Shown: in pieces, positions 1 through 8,818 of the stretch
How the letters are laid out: every line of letters starts with the position of its first letter
Numbering within the stretch: the first letter of the stretch is position 1
Assembly (NCBI GenBank): GCA_016839365.1
Contig: JAEOUH010000046.1
Span: 1 to 24,566 of the forward strand
Direction of reading: 5' to 3'
Source: Candidatus Hermodarchaeota archaeon
Lineage (GTDB): Archaea; Asgardarchaeota; Hermodarchaeia; Hermodarchaeales; Hermodarchaeaceae
Length of the DNA: 24,566 nucleotides
Notes under the pieces: generated by a model
Databases searched by the model: none
Told to the model about the DNA's origin: nothing
What the model saw: only the letters and a program-made list of their open reading frames with translations
Made by a program: the position numbers and the translations under genes

Positions 1-101
1 GCATTGAGAAAGTCCTTCTTGCGTTCGTAGCGTCTGGCCTGGAATTTGACCGCAGGAACATCCAAATGAGAATCTGAGGTATGCAGGATTTTGATTGACA
101 C
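1..101 (-). CDS. mre11: Mre11 DNA double-strand break repair nuclease, N-terminal fragment (runs off the window)
   Basis: Manual translation from GTG at 101 gives MSIKILHTSDSHLDVPAVKFQARRYERKKDFLNA. It carries metallophosphoesterase motif I (HxSDxHL) and the Mre11-like 'ER..DF' segment, and starts 6 nt after the herA stop. Confidence 0.85.
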   Translation of the reverse strand, partial: MSIKILHTSDSHLDVPAVKFQARRYERKKDFLN

Positions 102-107
102 AGATAT

Positions 108-1736
108 TCAGACCTCGGAGAAGGATCCGTCGAGTTTCTTCTCTTCTTTGCGTTGTTTCATAAGCTTTTGATCAATCCCAACAGCTTTTCGTGCTTTTTT
201 AAGGCGGTCAACCACATCAATATCTGCTCCGCCTTCTTTTGTCATCCGGGAACGGATTTTCACCATCACAGGGGTTCGGGTAATGTCACCAACAACTACT
301 GCTTCACCAACGTTCAGACCAGGAAGGTCATTAATGAGGTCAGCACTCAAGCGCTCTGAGGATTGTTCGATAGCAGTTTGATCCTGAGGATTTGTAATCT
401 TAAGTACTATTTGACTATTGCATTGGCTGAGGCTGTCAGGATGGATTCGACCTGGGCGTTGACTAATTAGAATCAAAAAGACTCCAAACTTACGGCCTTC
501 TTGAGCAATCCGTCGGATAATATTAGCGGAGTATGTGAAGTCTTTTGGCGGAACAAAATTATGAGCTTCCTCCACTACAACAAAAACGGGATAGTTGAAC
601 TCGTCTGTGCTTACAGCCTCGAAGACATCGCGCAAGAGTCTGCTGACAATATAGTCGATGCTTACGTTACTTAGTCCAGATAAATCCATAATCGCTGCGT
701 GGTAAGGCTTGATGATCTTAGTTAGGGGAACTCCACTTCTTGAGAAAACGCGAAGTCGTCGGAGGCTTTGAATATATTTGATTGCATTACGTGCACCAGT
801 GCGAATTTCTCTGTCGATCTCCTCATCATCTGCCACTGCGGTTAATTCTTTCACGATATCTTCCCTAAGATAGACGACTCTTCGTTCCTTGAGTCGATTT
901 AGGGCAGTCTCTAAACCCGAACGAATGTTTGTAAAACCCGTTCCTATTCTACAGATGCTGCAGAGTTCATCGAAGTCCAAATCAGCCAACTGGACAGTGT
1001 ATTCTTCGACCTGTCCGATATCTTTCTTGCTATAACGACCGGTGCTTTCAGGGTTTTGAAACACAGTGACATAATCAGAAAATCCGTGTTTTCCACCCTT
1101 CTCCGTCTGACTCAGAAAAACATAGTCAGCATGGGGATCGATGATAACGACGGTTGCGCCTTTTTCCATTAATTCCTCAATAAGAACACCAGTGAGATAG
1201 CTTTTCCCAGCTCCAGTTTGGGCTAAAATCGCAACATGTCGGCGAAAGCCGTTAATTCTAATGTTGACTGGGATTTTGGGGCGTGAAATGAGGTTACCAA
1301 TGTAAAGACTCGCCTCAGGGGGATAGGCGTAAAACTGGCTTAAGAGGTGGTCTGATGCGATGTAAATTGGGTTTCCTGGTGTAACTGCCCTCCTTGGAAG
1401 AAGGATACGTGGCGGATGGCCTTCCTTTGTAGGTACGAGGTAACCAAGTATACGGGCTACACCCCATGTTTTTATGTCATCAATTCGCGCTTCTTTGATG
1501 CGAGTGATAGCTTCGATATCCAAATCACGGCGTAAGGCAAGGCTTTGGGAGATAATACGTTCGACCTGTGCCAGCACTTGAACTTTTTGAAGCACTCCAT
1601 CGACTAGTTCTTCAGATTCCACCGTTAGATACTCGAATTTCGGTGGATACCTTTTCCGATCACTGGCAAAGTAGAAGTCGGTAGCCTTGGCTTCCTCAAC
1701 AATAAAGCCTACTGGGTCATTCTCAGATTTTGGCAA
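108..1736 (-). CDS. herA: HerA bipolar DNA helicase/translocase
   Basis: N-terminal HAS-barrel-like region, RHVAILAQTGAGKS Walker A, IIDPHADY, VVVEEAHNF Walker B, EGRKFG, SQRP and SQCNSQI. AGGAGG precedes the TTG start. Lies between nurA and mre11. Confidence 0.95.
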   Translation of the reverse strand: MPKSENDPVGFIVEEAKATDFYFASDRKRYPPKFEYLTVESEELVDGVLQKVQVLAQVERIISQSLALRRDLDIEAITRIKEARIDDIKTWGVARILGYLVPTKEGHPPRILLPRRAVTPGNPIYIASDHLLSQFYAYPPEASLYIGNLISRPKIPVNIRINGFRRHVAILAQTGAGKSYLTGVLIEELMEKGATVVIIDPHADYVFLSQTEKGGKHGFSDYVTVFQNPESTGRYSKKDIGQVEEYTVQLADLDFDELCSICRIGTGFTNIRSGLETALNRLKERRVVYLREDIVKELTAVADDEEIDREIRTGARNAIKYIQSLRRLRVFSRSGVPLTKIIKPYHAAIMDLSGLSNVSIDYIVSRLLRDVFEAVSTDEFNYPVFVVVEEAHNFVPPKDFTYSANIIRRIAQEGRKFGVFLILISQRPGRIHPDSLSQCNSQIVLKITNPQDQTAIEQSSERLSADLINDLPGLNVGEAVVVGDITRTPVMVKIRSRMTKEGGADIDVVDRLKKARKAVGIDQKLMKQRKEEKKLDGSFSEV

Positions 1737-3066
1737 GGCGAATCCTCCTGTCTCGACGCTTGGGTGTTAAGGGGATTTTCAACTCTTTCTCTATTAGGGG
1801 TTCATATAATGTTCTCACATCCTGCATGGGAAGGCGGGCTTGTTGGTCTGCTTTGACCAGATAGACATTATACAACTCTAATCCGCCATATTGACCCTGT
1901 AGGTTACCTAATACATCAGTGACGCGGGAAGGTGGGGGATCAAGCAGGCGTGAGGAGTTTATTTGTGATAATCGTGTTGGGAGTCCAATATTGAAGGCGG
2001 GCATGTCAATTCGGAGTGGGGTATCATTGTATCTCAGTTTCGTGCAAAATGTTACGAATGTGGGAATCTGGAAGAATTCTTTCATAACTGGGATTGCCCA
2101 TTTTTCGAAATCTTCTTCTCGTTCATAGTCGTTGTAGGCGCTCGCAAAGCGTCGTCGAACGTAAGCCGCAGGATCCTTGGACTCATATTTGAAGAGAGGA
2201 ACAGCTGGGTAAGGTTCGATTGGAGTTGTATAGCCAGCGGTTTCTGTCCACGCATGAATAAGAGAGAAGTCGGGTCTGGGTCGTCGCAGCTCAGATAACA
2301 AGTCCCAAACCAGGTCATATTGGTCACTGCTAATTGGTAGGGCTTTGAGGATGCTTCGAGCAGAAAGAGACTGTTTCTTCTCGGTATCCAGTAATTGCGT
2401 TAGTTGATCTAACTCGTGGTTTGAAAGTGCCGGGCTGAGGTCTGTGAGAATTTCAGTCTTGAGTGAATCAAGAAGGAGCCTCGTCATGTGGCGCGCTACA
2501 GAGTCTTTGCTAATGCCCAGCAGCAGGATCTTGCGTTTACGGCATTCTTCAAGGAGTTGCATAAAAGTCTCCAAATAACGCAAGTAAAGATCGCGTTCTC
2601 CTGGATAGTTGAATCCAATAGGGACGTGGGTGATGCGACCATATAACGAGCCGTCTATAAGCAGCATGTCTACCTCAGATGCCTCTCGTACGGCTTCGAG
2701 AGCTACCTTATGTTCGATGTGTTCTGATCGTATGCTGGCTAGGTCGATGAGTTGTTCTCGGGGAGAAGAAATCATGTGAACGTTCGATGAAATCTGCCGG
2801 TGTGTGGTGCCCCATGAGGTAATGGCGCTTGCCCGGCAAATATACATGAAGGAGCCGGGTGCATACTCTTGGGTTGATCGACCACTATCCACTGCAATGA
2901 CTTGGATATCTGGTTTCGTTTCGGCAGGAAGGTCGTGCCATTCTTTCTGAAAAACATTCTTTAGAAGTCCATCTAAGCTCGTGGATTCTTCACCAGTGAG
3001 CCGACGACGAAGCGTATCTCTATTTTCCTGTATCTCGTGGAGGAATAAATCTAGAAAATGTGGCAT
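1723..3066 (-). CDS. nurA: NurA 5'-3' nuclease
   Basis: AVDSG and LLIDGSL acidic motifs, LLGISKDS, and a C-terminal YLVKADQQARL motif. Overlaps the herA start by 14 nt. Confidence 0.9.
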   Translation of the reverse strand: MPHFLDLFLHEIQENRDTLRRRLTGEESTSLDGLLKNVFQKEWHDLPAETKPDIQVIAVDSGRSTQEYAPGSFMYICRASAITSWGTTHRQISSNVHMISSPREQLIDLASIRSEHIEHKVALEAVREASEVDMLLIDGSLYGRITHVPIGFNYPGERDLYLRYLETFMQLLEECRKRKILLLGISKDSVARHMTRLLLDSLKTEILTDLSPALSNHELDQLTQLLDTEKKQSLSARSILKALPISSDQYDLVWDLLSELRRPRPDFSLIHAWTETAGYTTPIEPYPAVPLFKYESKDPAAYVRRRFASAYNDYEREEDFEKWAIPVMKEFFQIPTFVTFCTKLRYNDTPLRIDMPAFNIGLPTRLSQINSSRLLDPPPSRVTDVLGNLQGQYGGLELYNVYLVKADQQARLPMQDVRTLYEPLIEKELKIPLTPKRRDRRIRLAKI

Positions 3067-3244
3067 AGCACCATCGCCCTACTGTATGACTCAAGGAAGC
3101 CAGATTTACGCCTTTAAACATAACCCCCACACTCTGATAAGTTAACTAGACCGAGTACCACGTCCTCTATATAAAACATCAATTTTCTTTGCCAAAGCTT
3201 TATGGGATACAACAACTAAAGGCGGGTATAATCAGAAAAAATCG

Positions 3245-3646
3245 GTGACCAGTGTATTGCAAATTGAGATATTGTTACTACTTATCGGACTATTCGCTCT
3301 ATTGTTCATTTTAAGAGTCGGAGCATTATTTGTCGCCTTATACTTTGCGAGCCGTATCGTTACCGACCAAAAAATGACTCCAAAAGCAGCTTTACTCGGA
3401 GCCCTAATCATATCAATTGTATATGAAATATGTGCGGATATTTTCTACTTTATCAACCCGGCCTTTTCTGATTGGGTTGCCCTAATCCTTTCATCAGTAG
3501 TACTCCTAGGTTTACTCCTTAGGTACTATGATTTAGGGCTTTTCAGCAGCATTGCATTGGTTATGCTCTTCATCAGCATAGTGTTTACGATCATCGCATT
3601 TCGAACGGCGATTGAGTATCTTTTCTTTGTTCCCCTTCCAGGTTAA
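3245..3646 (+). CDS. Small multi-pass membrane protein of unknown function (paralog of the next gene)
   Basis: 133-aa ORF with about 4 hydrophobic helices, divergent from nurA. Its pattern is shared with 3734-4153. Confidence 0.8.
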   Translation: MTSVLQIEILLLLIGLFALLFILRVGALFVALYFASRIVTDQKMTPKAALLGALIISIVYEICADIFYFINPAFSDWVALILSSVVLLGLLLRYYDLGLFSSIALVMLFISIVFTIIAFRTAIEYLFFVPLPG

Positions 3647-3733
3647 TTTGTTTCTCAAATCAAATTACAACTAAACTATAAATGGTAGAAGCGAATATCA
3701 CAGTATACCCACTAAAATTGGTGAGTCGAATTT

Positions 3734-4153
3734 ATGCAATTAGTAGAATTGATCGTTGAAGTGATTATCTTCCTTATCCTTTGGCTCTTTGGTTCACTAA
3801 TCCTTTGGCTAGCAGGAAAAGTTGTGTCTGGGTACAATGCCAAATTCACAGATGCACTGATAATTTCACTACTTGGAGCTCTCATTACTCGGGGCCTAAA
3901 CTGGGTTATGGTAACATTTGTAACTCCATTGCTTCTTCCTCTAGGATTTACAGGCTTTATCATAGCGCTTCTTGTTCCGCTAATCATTGTGCTCATAATA
4001 TACATCGTACTTATCATGCACTTCTTTGACACAGGATTTCTCGGCGCTTTAGCAGTAGGGATACTCTACGTCATCTTCATGATCATCATTTTAATCATTC
4101 TTGGCCTCATCATTGGAATCTTGATATTGCTTTTGCTAGCAATATTCCCTTAG
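3734..4153 (+). CDS. Small multi-pass membrane protein of unknown function
   Basis: 139-aa, very hydrophobic ORF with an ATG start preceded by GGTGAG. TATAAA lies about 55 nt upstream. Confidence 0.85.
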   Translation: MQLVELIVEVIIFLILWLFGSLILWLAGKVVSGYNAKFTDALIISLLGALITRGLNWVMVTFVTPLLLPLGFTGFIIALLVPLIIVLIIYIVLIMHFFDTGFLGALAVGILYVIFMIIILIILGLIIGILILLLLAIFP

Positions 4154-4159
4154 GAATAA

Positions 4160-4204
4160 AGGAGGGAACCTGATCCATGGGCTTCCCTTCTCCCTCTTCT
4201 TTTT
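4160..4204 (+). terminator. Hairpin plus pyrimidine/T tract between convergent genes
   Basis: AGGAGGGAA (4160-4168) pairs with TTCCCTTCT (4183-4191), followed by CCCTCTTCTTTTT. Confidence 0.55.
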
Positions 4205-4220
4205 AGGTTTAAAATTACAT

Positions 4221-4943
4221 TCACTCTTTATGAAATTTCCTTGCATATATCCAAAATATCGGAGTATAAATGACCGCTGGCAGGTTCCACTCTAGCCCTT
4301 TTTCTTGAAGTAATTGGGCCTCAGATTGAATCTCCGTTTTCATAGCTTCAGCGTCATATGTCCAAGAGAGGATTCCATACTGGATTTGATCGAACGGTAG
4401 CTGCCTCAATTCTCTTGGGAGGTGACCTCCGGTAAAGGGGTCTGCGCCAAGTCGAATTAGTGCAGTGACAATCGGAAATGGGGGTTTGGGAGACAGAATT
4501 GTGGTTTTATTAAAGAGCTCTATTCTTCCAGCGTAATCAGGTTCAATACATGCTAGAATTCCATGAGAGTGAAGGGTTTCCGTGATTTCTTTAAGGGCTT
4601 GCATTCTATTAGGTATCCAGAGCAAAGTGAAGTGGTCGAGAGCAAAATCTATTATGCCAGCTCGGAGGGGAAGAGATGTGGCATCGGCAAGTAGGAAATG
4701 TAGTGCATGGTTATTTTGCGAATCATGGGCTCCTTGTGTCACTAGTTCGTGGTCGATATCGAAACCTACGGCTGTGCTTTGAGGTATCTTTTGCGTCATT
4801 TCCGGTGTAATAGCACCTGCTCCGCAACCGATGTCCAAACATATGGGAGCATCGTGCCAAACTGTTTGTTGGTAAAAAAAGTAGCGAGTTGGTGCGGTGC
4901 GTTTAGCCTGGTCGTGAAGGTATTGGGGGGTATAGGGTTGCAC
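4221..4943 (-). CDS. Class I SAM-dependent methyltransferase
   Basis: LDIGCGAG motif I, VGFDID, ADATSLP, HFTLLWI and EPDY. Likely start is GTG at 4943, with GGGAGG 7 nt upstream; the ORF-track extension to 5150 overlaps the radical SAM gene. Confidence 0.88.
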   Translation of the reverse strand: MQPYTPQYLHDQAKRTAPTRYFFYQQTVWHDAPICLDIGCGAGAITPEMTQKIPQSTAVGFDIDHELVTQGAHDSQNNHALHFLLADATSLPLRAGIIDFALDHFTLLWIPNRMQALKEITETLHSHGILACIEPDYAGRIELFNKTTILSPKPPFPIVTALIRLGADPFTGGHLPRELRQLPFDQIQYGILSWTYDAEAMKTEIQSEAQLLQEKGLEWNLPAVIYTPIFWIYARKFHKE

Positions 4944-4992
4944 ATTCTGTGCCTCCCGCTTTTTGTCGAGGGGGAATTTATGGCATTTGGAT

Positions 4993-6321
4993 TCAGCCAC
5001 CAACGTTGTGATGGCAGCAAACCTCTTTATATTCGGTGAAGAGTGGGCACCCACCACCGCAGGCTTTGAGGAGGTCACACGACAAGCATTTGTCGGCAAG
5101 ATTGGTGTGTCCTCGAAGAGCCTTCGCTGTGGTGTGATTCCAAATGGCATCCCAAGAATCGGTTAGGATGTTCCCTAAGGGTTCAAAGTAGCTTTGGCAG
5201 GGGAGGACAGCGCCGTTGGGTTCTATTGCAAGGCTCGAATAAGCTGCACTACATCGCCGTGGACCTAGCCCGTATTCAGTTGGATCAAAGTGGCAGTACA
5301 TTGTAGGACTGTACCAGATCAGGCGAATGTCGTGCTCAGCGGCTTCCGCCAAGATGTCGGTGATGATCTCGTCAAGGTCCTCTTCGGGAATAGCAAGATC
5401 ATCTGCTACAGCTTTTCCACTTCCCGAATATATGAGCCCGTTCATGGCAAATTGCTTCTGCCCTAACTTCGCAAGGAAGGTGACGGTTTCTGTGATTGTG
5501 GAACGATTTAGCTGGGTCAAGGTGGTATTAGTCAAGGTATAGATGTCAGTGTCAATAAAGCGTTTGAGTCCTGCAAGAGTGTCTTTCCAGGCACCCTTTA
5601 CTCCAACCATTTGATCATGGATTTCGGGAAGATGTGACTCGAACGTAATCTGAACATAATCTAATCCTGCCTTGACCAAATCATTAACCAGAGTTTTTGT
5701 TAATCGACGTCCATTTGTGACTAGACCGGCGATGATGCCGATATCTTCTGCATATTGTACCAGATCGACTAAATCATTTCGAAGCGTGGGTTCACCCCCA
5801 GTAAAGGTCACATGGGGAATAGCCTGGTCCAAAAGGGTATCAAGGACTTTCTTCCATTTCGCCGTTTCCATTTCGCGGGTTGCATCCCAGCTTCGTCGCT
5901 CAGGAGGAACGTAGCAGTGAGAGCAGGCATTGTTGCAGCGATAGGTGAGTGCCAAGTCGACGCGATAAGGTGCAGGTGGTGCGTGTGAAAAGGGTTCCAC
6001 CTCACCAAAGTCGAAAGTTTCGATGGGAGATACGTCAGGTTGAGCGATGAAAGAAAGGATCTTTTCTTTCAATTCGCTGTAGTCTGCCCGAATCGTGTCC
6101 GGTTTAGCCCCGCGATATTTCTTGCGAATGAATTCGATGACTTCATCCTCAGAATGCCCTTCAACTGCTGCAATTGCATAATCGTATCCACTTTCATTCA
6201 GAAAGAGCAGTCTAGATGCATCGATGACGATAGTTCCACCTTTGGGGTCCTTTCGGAGGTGGAATCGGTGGCCTTCTAAGTCTCCCTTCCCAAAGAGGAT
6301 TTTGCGTGTTTTGGTTTCCAT
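4993..6321 (-). CDS. Radical SAM/SPASM protein with an N-terminal PqqD/RRE-like domain
   Basis: CNNACSHC (CxxxCxxC), FTGGEPTLR and TNG. SPASM cysteines CSAA...LPC...CLSCDLLKACGGGCP. The N-terminal 'LFLNESG...EDEVIEFIRKKY...IRADYSEL' is PqqD-like. Start is probably ATG 6321 (AGGAG upstream). Confidence 0.9.
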   Translation of the reverse strand: METKTRKILFGKGDLEGHRFHLRKDPKGGTIVIDASRLLFLNESGYDYAIAAVEGHSEDEVIEFIRKKYRGAKPDTIRADYSELKEKILSFIAQPDVSPIETFDFGEVEPFSHAPPAPYRVDLALTYRCNNACSHCYVPPERRSWDATREMETAKWKKVLDTLLDQAIPHVTFTGGEPTLRNDLVDLVQYAEDIGIIAGLVTNGRRLTKTLVNDLVKAGLDYVQITFESHLPEIHDQMVGVKGAWKDTLAGLKRFIDTDIYTLTNTTLTQLNRSTITETVTFLAKLGQKQFAMNGLIYSGSGKAVADDLAIPEEDLDEIITDILAEAAEHDIRLIWYSPTMYCHFDPTEYGLGPRRCSAAYSSLAIEPNGAVLPCQSYFEPLGNILTDSWDAIWNHTTAKALRGHTNLADKCLSCDLLKACGGGCPLFTEYKEVCCHHNVGG

Positions 6322-6451
6322 TAATGTTGCTCCTGATATGCGTTGTGAGTTCTTCATCAGACCATCAACAAAAGTCTATCGAACGGAAGCCCTTTCACCT
6401 TTTTACGGGATTGAGTGTTTGGTTCTGAAATGTCGTAAGGTTTTAGGGGGA

Positions 6452-6461
6452 TTATATTTAA
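6452..6461 (+). promoter_or_regulatory. Putative TATA box for the VIT1-like gene (likely leaderless)
   Basis: TTATATTTAA about 29 nt upstream of ATG 6490. Confidence 0.45.
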
Positions 6462-6489
6462 CAAGATATGACGGAAGTCGGTTACTGTC

Positions 6490-7083
6490 ATGTCAAAAAT
6501 TGATGAAATGGAGCAATTAGCTCGAATTTCGAAAGTGGGACCAATTGCTCGACGTTACTTCGCTATGAACGCTTTTGATGGCACCCTTACCATCCTGGGA
6601 ATTGTCCTCGCTTCCCATTTTGCCTCACATTTTGATGCCCGAGCAGTGGTGGCAGCGGGTATTGGTGCTTGTCTAGCTATGATGTTTTCAGGGCTTGCTG
6701 GGACATATCTTGCAGAGAAAGCGGAACGCGAGCGTGAATTGCGCGAAATGGAAAACGCATTGCTTCGGAACCTGGATTCGACGATATACAAAAGGGCGTC
6801 GCGATTCGCCATCATAATCTCTTCGATTGTCGATGGATTTGCCCCTTTTATCACAGGTCTAATGCTGCTAGTTCCCTTCTTCTTTGTGCTCTTCAATCCA
6901 ACCATCTGGGGCATTGGAGTGATTGTGTCAGTGGCCACAGGATTCATCCTTCTATTCCTGTTAGGGATTTTCCTGGGTCGAGTGTCTGAACAGAACCAGT
7001 GGCTTTATGGACTACAGACCCTTGCGGCAGGTCTTGGAACCGCAGCAGCAATCATCCTCCTTGAAATCTTCCTAACCTTCTAA
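6490..7083 (+). CDS. VIT1/CCC1-family (TIGR00267-like) membrane protein
   Basis: RRYFAMNAFDGTLTILG and SGLAGTYLAEKAERERELREME (Glu-rich cytosolic segment), with about 5 TM helices. Confidence 0.85.
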   Translation: MSKIDEMEQLARISKVGPIARRYFAMNAFDGTLTILGIVLASHFASHFDARAVVAAGIGACLAMMFSGLAGTYLAEKAERERELREMENALLRNLDSTIYKRASRFAIIISSIVDGFAPFITGLMLLVPFFFVLFNPTIWGIGVIVSVATGFILLFLLGIFLGRVSEQNQWLYGLQTLAAGLGTAAAIILLEIFLTF

Positions 7084-7893
7084 TAATTCCCTTAATGATC
7101 CTGGGAGCCCAAATCCCCCCCATTCTCGTAGGAACTGATGCACTTGCCTAAGTTTGGGTGCAGCTTCTTCAAAATCACTAAGGGAGTGGCTATCCGAGCC
7201 AACGTAGAAGTGAGCACCAGCCTGAACTAATTCTTTAATTAGTGATTGTGATGGGTGCATTTTTCCCCATGGATGATTCAATCCGCGTAGATTAACTTCG
7301 ATTAGGATGCCTGTTCGTTGACTTAATTTGCCAAGTTCAAGGGTTCGTCGTTGCCAGATTTCATTGACTGTTGGATTAGCAGGAAATAATGGTATAAACC
7401 GCATAACACCATCGATGTGGGCGATTCCGTCAAATAGCTTTGATTGAATTGCACCTTCAACCTCATCGAAATACCGTTCAATAATCGGGGGTAATCCGAT
7501 TCGTGATACAAGAACATTCAACTCTTCGAGGGTTGTAACAGCTAGACCATCAATAACATGCACTGTACCTATAAGATAGTTGAAGTCGGTTCGAATGTCA
7601 TCACAAAATTCTGCAACACCAGATGCATTATTTGAATAGTAATCTACCTCTAATCCCAATGACACATTCGGATAGGTAGCCTTGGTTCGGTCAAAAGCGT
7701 CAAGGAGACGAGGTAAAGTCTCATAATTGAGATGGTGTGGACGATTAACAAAAGCCAATTCGAAATGATCTAGGAACCCTACATGAATTTCTAACTTCTC
7801 AGCCAATTGCGCATAGGCTTCTAAAGAAATAGTGGAATCGGGGCTAAATTCAGTGTGCAAATGTAAATCAAAGAATGATGGTTTTGCAGACAT
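7072..7893 (-). CDS. PHP-domain phosphatase (HisJ/histidinol-phosphatase-like)
   Basis: DLHLHT, LDH, GLEVDY, GTVH, AHID, EVN and GSDSH metal-binding motifs. Confidence 0.88.
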   Translation of the reverse strand: MSAKPSFFDLHLHTEFSPDSTISLEAYAQLAEKLEIHVGFLDHFELAFVNRPHHLNYETLPRLLDAFDRTKATYPNVSLGLEVDYYSNNASGVAEFCDDIRTDFNYLIGTVHVIDGLAVTTLEELNVLVSRIGLPPIIERYFDEVEGAIQSKLFDGIAHIDGVMRFIPLFPANPTVNEIWQRRTLELGKLSQRTGILIEVNLRGLNHPWGKMHPSQSLIKELVQAGAHFYVGSDSHSLSDFEEAAPKLRQVHQFLREWGGFGLPGSLRELLEG

Positions 7894-7937
7894 TAGGGGG
7901 GCAACACGGGCATAGTGGATTGCTGGTGTGGATGTTG

Positions 7938-8678
7938 TTAGTCTTTGATATAGTATTCGAACCCTTTGCGTTCGTATGTGTGGACTTGTTCATCGAATGA
8001 AAAGCCACGATTTTTGACGATTTGAATCTGGCGGATGGGTATTTCATCTGGCGGAGCAGGTAGTGCTGTGAACCGGATGATACTATCGCTTAATCTTTCA
8101 ATGCTTTCTGTGAACTGAGGGGTATGCATTTCGGGATAGAGTGTAGCAATTACGGTTAGTTTTCGATGCTGGATTAATGGTAAAAGTGCTAACCAGAACT
8201 GCCACGCAGCACGATCTGACTCCATGGAATGGAGTAGAACGCTTAACGAATCAATATACATTCGAGCAATGTCGAAGCGCTTGACAGTTGTTCGTAATTC
8301 TTCATAGAATTTCGCTGCGTATCGGACGTTAGAACATCGAATCACACCTTCTTTAGGTGGAAGCGATGGCACACCATAGGCAAGGGATGATAACCCGTCC
8401 ATTAATAATATTTGATTTGGTTTCGCTTTTGCATAGAGAGTTTCAACGGGTGGAAGAAGATCGTACTCTCCAACAGTATGTTCTGAGAGGAGGATAATGG
8501 CACCTTCTCCATGTTTTATGCCCTCATAAAGAAACGAGACACCTAAAAGCCCGGATATTCCTCGAGATTCACCTCTCAGCTCTTCAACGAGGCATGTGCT
8601 TCCGCGTCTTAAGCCGCCGCCAAGAAGACGATTAATTGCGTCCCATTCACATTTAATCAATTCTTCTTCTGTTGACAT
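7938..8678 (-). CDS. KaiC/RAD55-like RecA-superfamily protein with a degenerate Walker A (copy 1)
   Basis: INRLLGGGLRRGSTCLV, IDSLS, ERLSDSII and IQIVKNRG. The P-loop reads EELRGESRGIS, with no GK[ST]. Confidence 0.85.
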   Translation of the reverse strand: MSTEEELIKCEWDAINRLLGGGLRRGSTCLVEELRGESRGISGLLGVSFLYEGIKHGEGAIILLSEHTVGEYDLLPPVETLYAKAKPNQILLMDGLSSLAYGVPSLPPKEGVIRCSNVRYAAKFYEELRTTVKRFDIARMYIDSLSVLLHSMESDRAAWQFWLALLPLIQHRKLTVIATLYPEMHTPQFTESIERLSDSIIRFTALPAPPDEIPIRQIQIVKNRGFSFDEQVHTYERKGFEYYIKD

Positions 8679-8776
8679 GAAACAGAGTATCCTCCTAGGT
8701 CTTTGGGCTTAAATCGGTAATTAATAAATCTTAGCCGTTTTCAAAAGACCGCTCACGTTATGAGTGCCTTTGATTA

Positions 8777-8784
8777 TTTATATA
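8777..8784 (+). promoter_or_regulatory. Putative TATA box for the SDR/dehydrogenase pair
   Basis: TTTATATA about 35 nt upstream of the 8819 start, followed by a GAGGTGAGG SD-like sequence. Confidence 0.55.
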
Positions 8785-8818
8785 GGGGGAAAGTTGAGGT
8801 GAGGAAGGGTGTTATCGT

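Noticed and set aside
4993-5010. C-terminal GG of the radical SAM protein as a ubiquitin-like/SAMP tail
   Set aside because: No beta-grasp domain precedes it, and no E1-like gene is nearby.
4944-5150. N-terminal extension of the methyltransferase ORF
   Set aside because: It overlaps the SPASM coding region in another frame; GTG 4943 has a good SD.
7072-7083. 12-nt convergent overlap of the VIT1-like and PHP genes
   Set aside because: Common in compact archaeal genomes, with no further signal.
8745-8770. Imperfect inverted repeat (GCTCA-N5-TGAGT) as an operator for the catabolic cassette
   Set aside because: It is short, and no matching copy was found upstream of the MFS gene.
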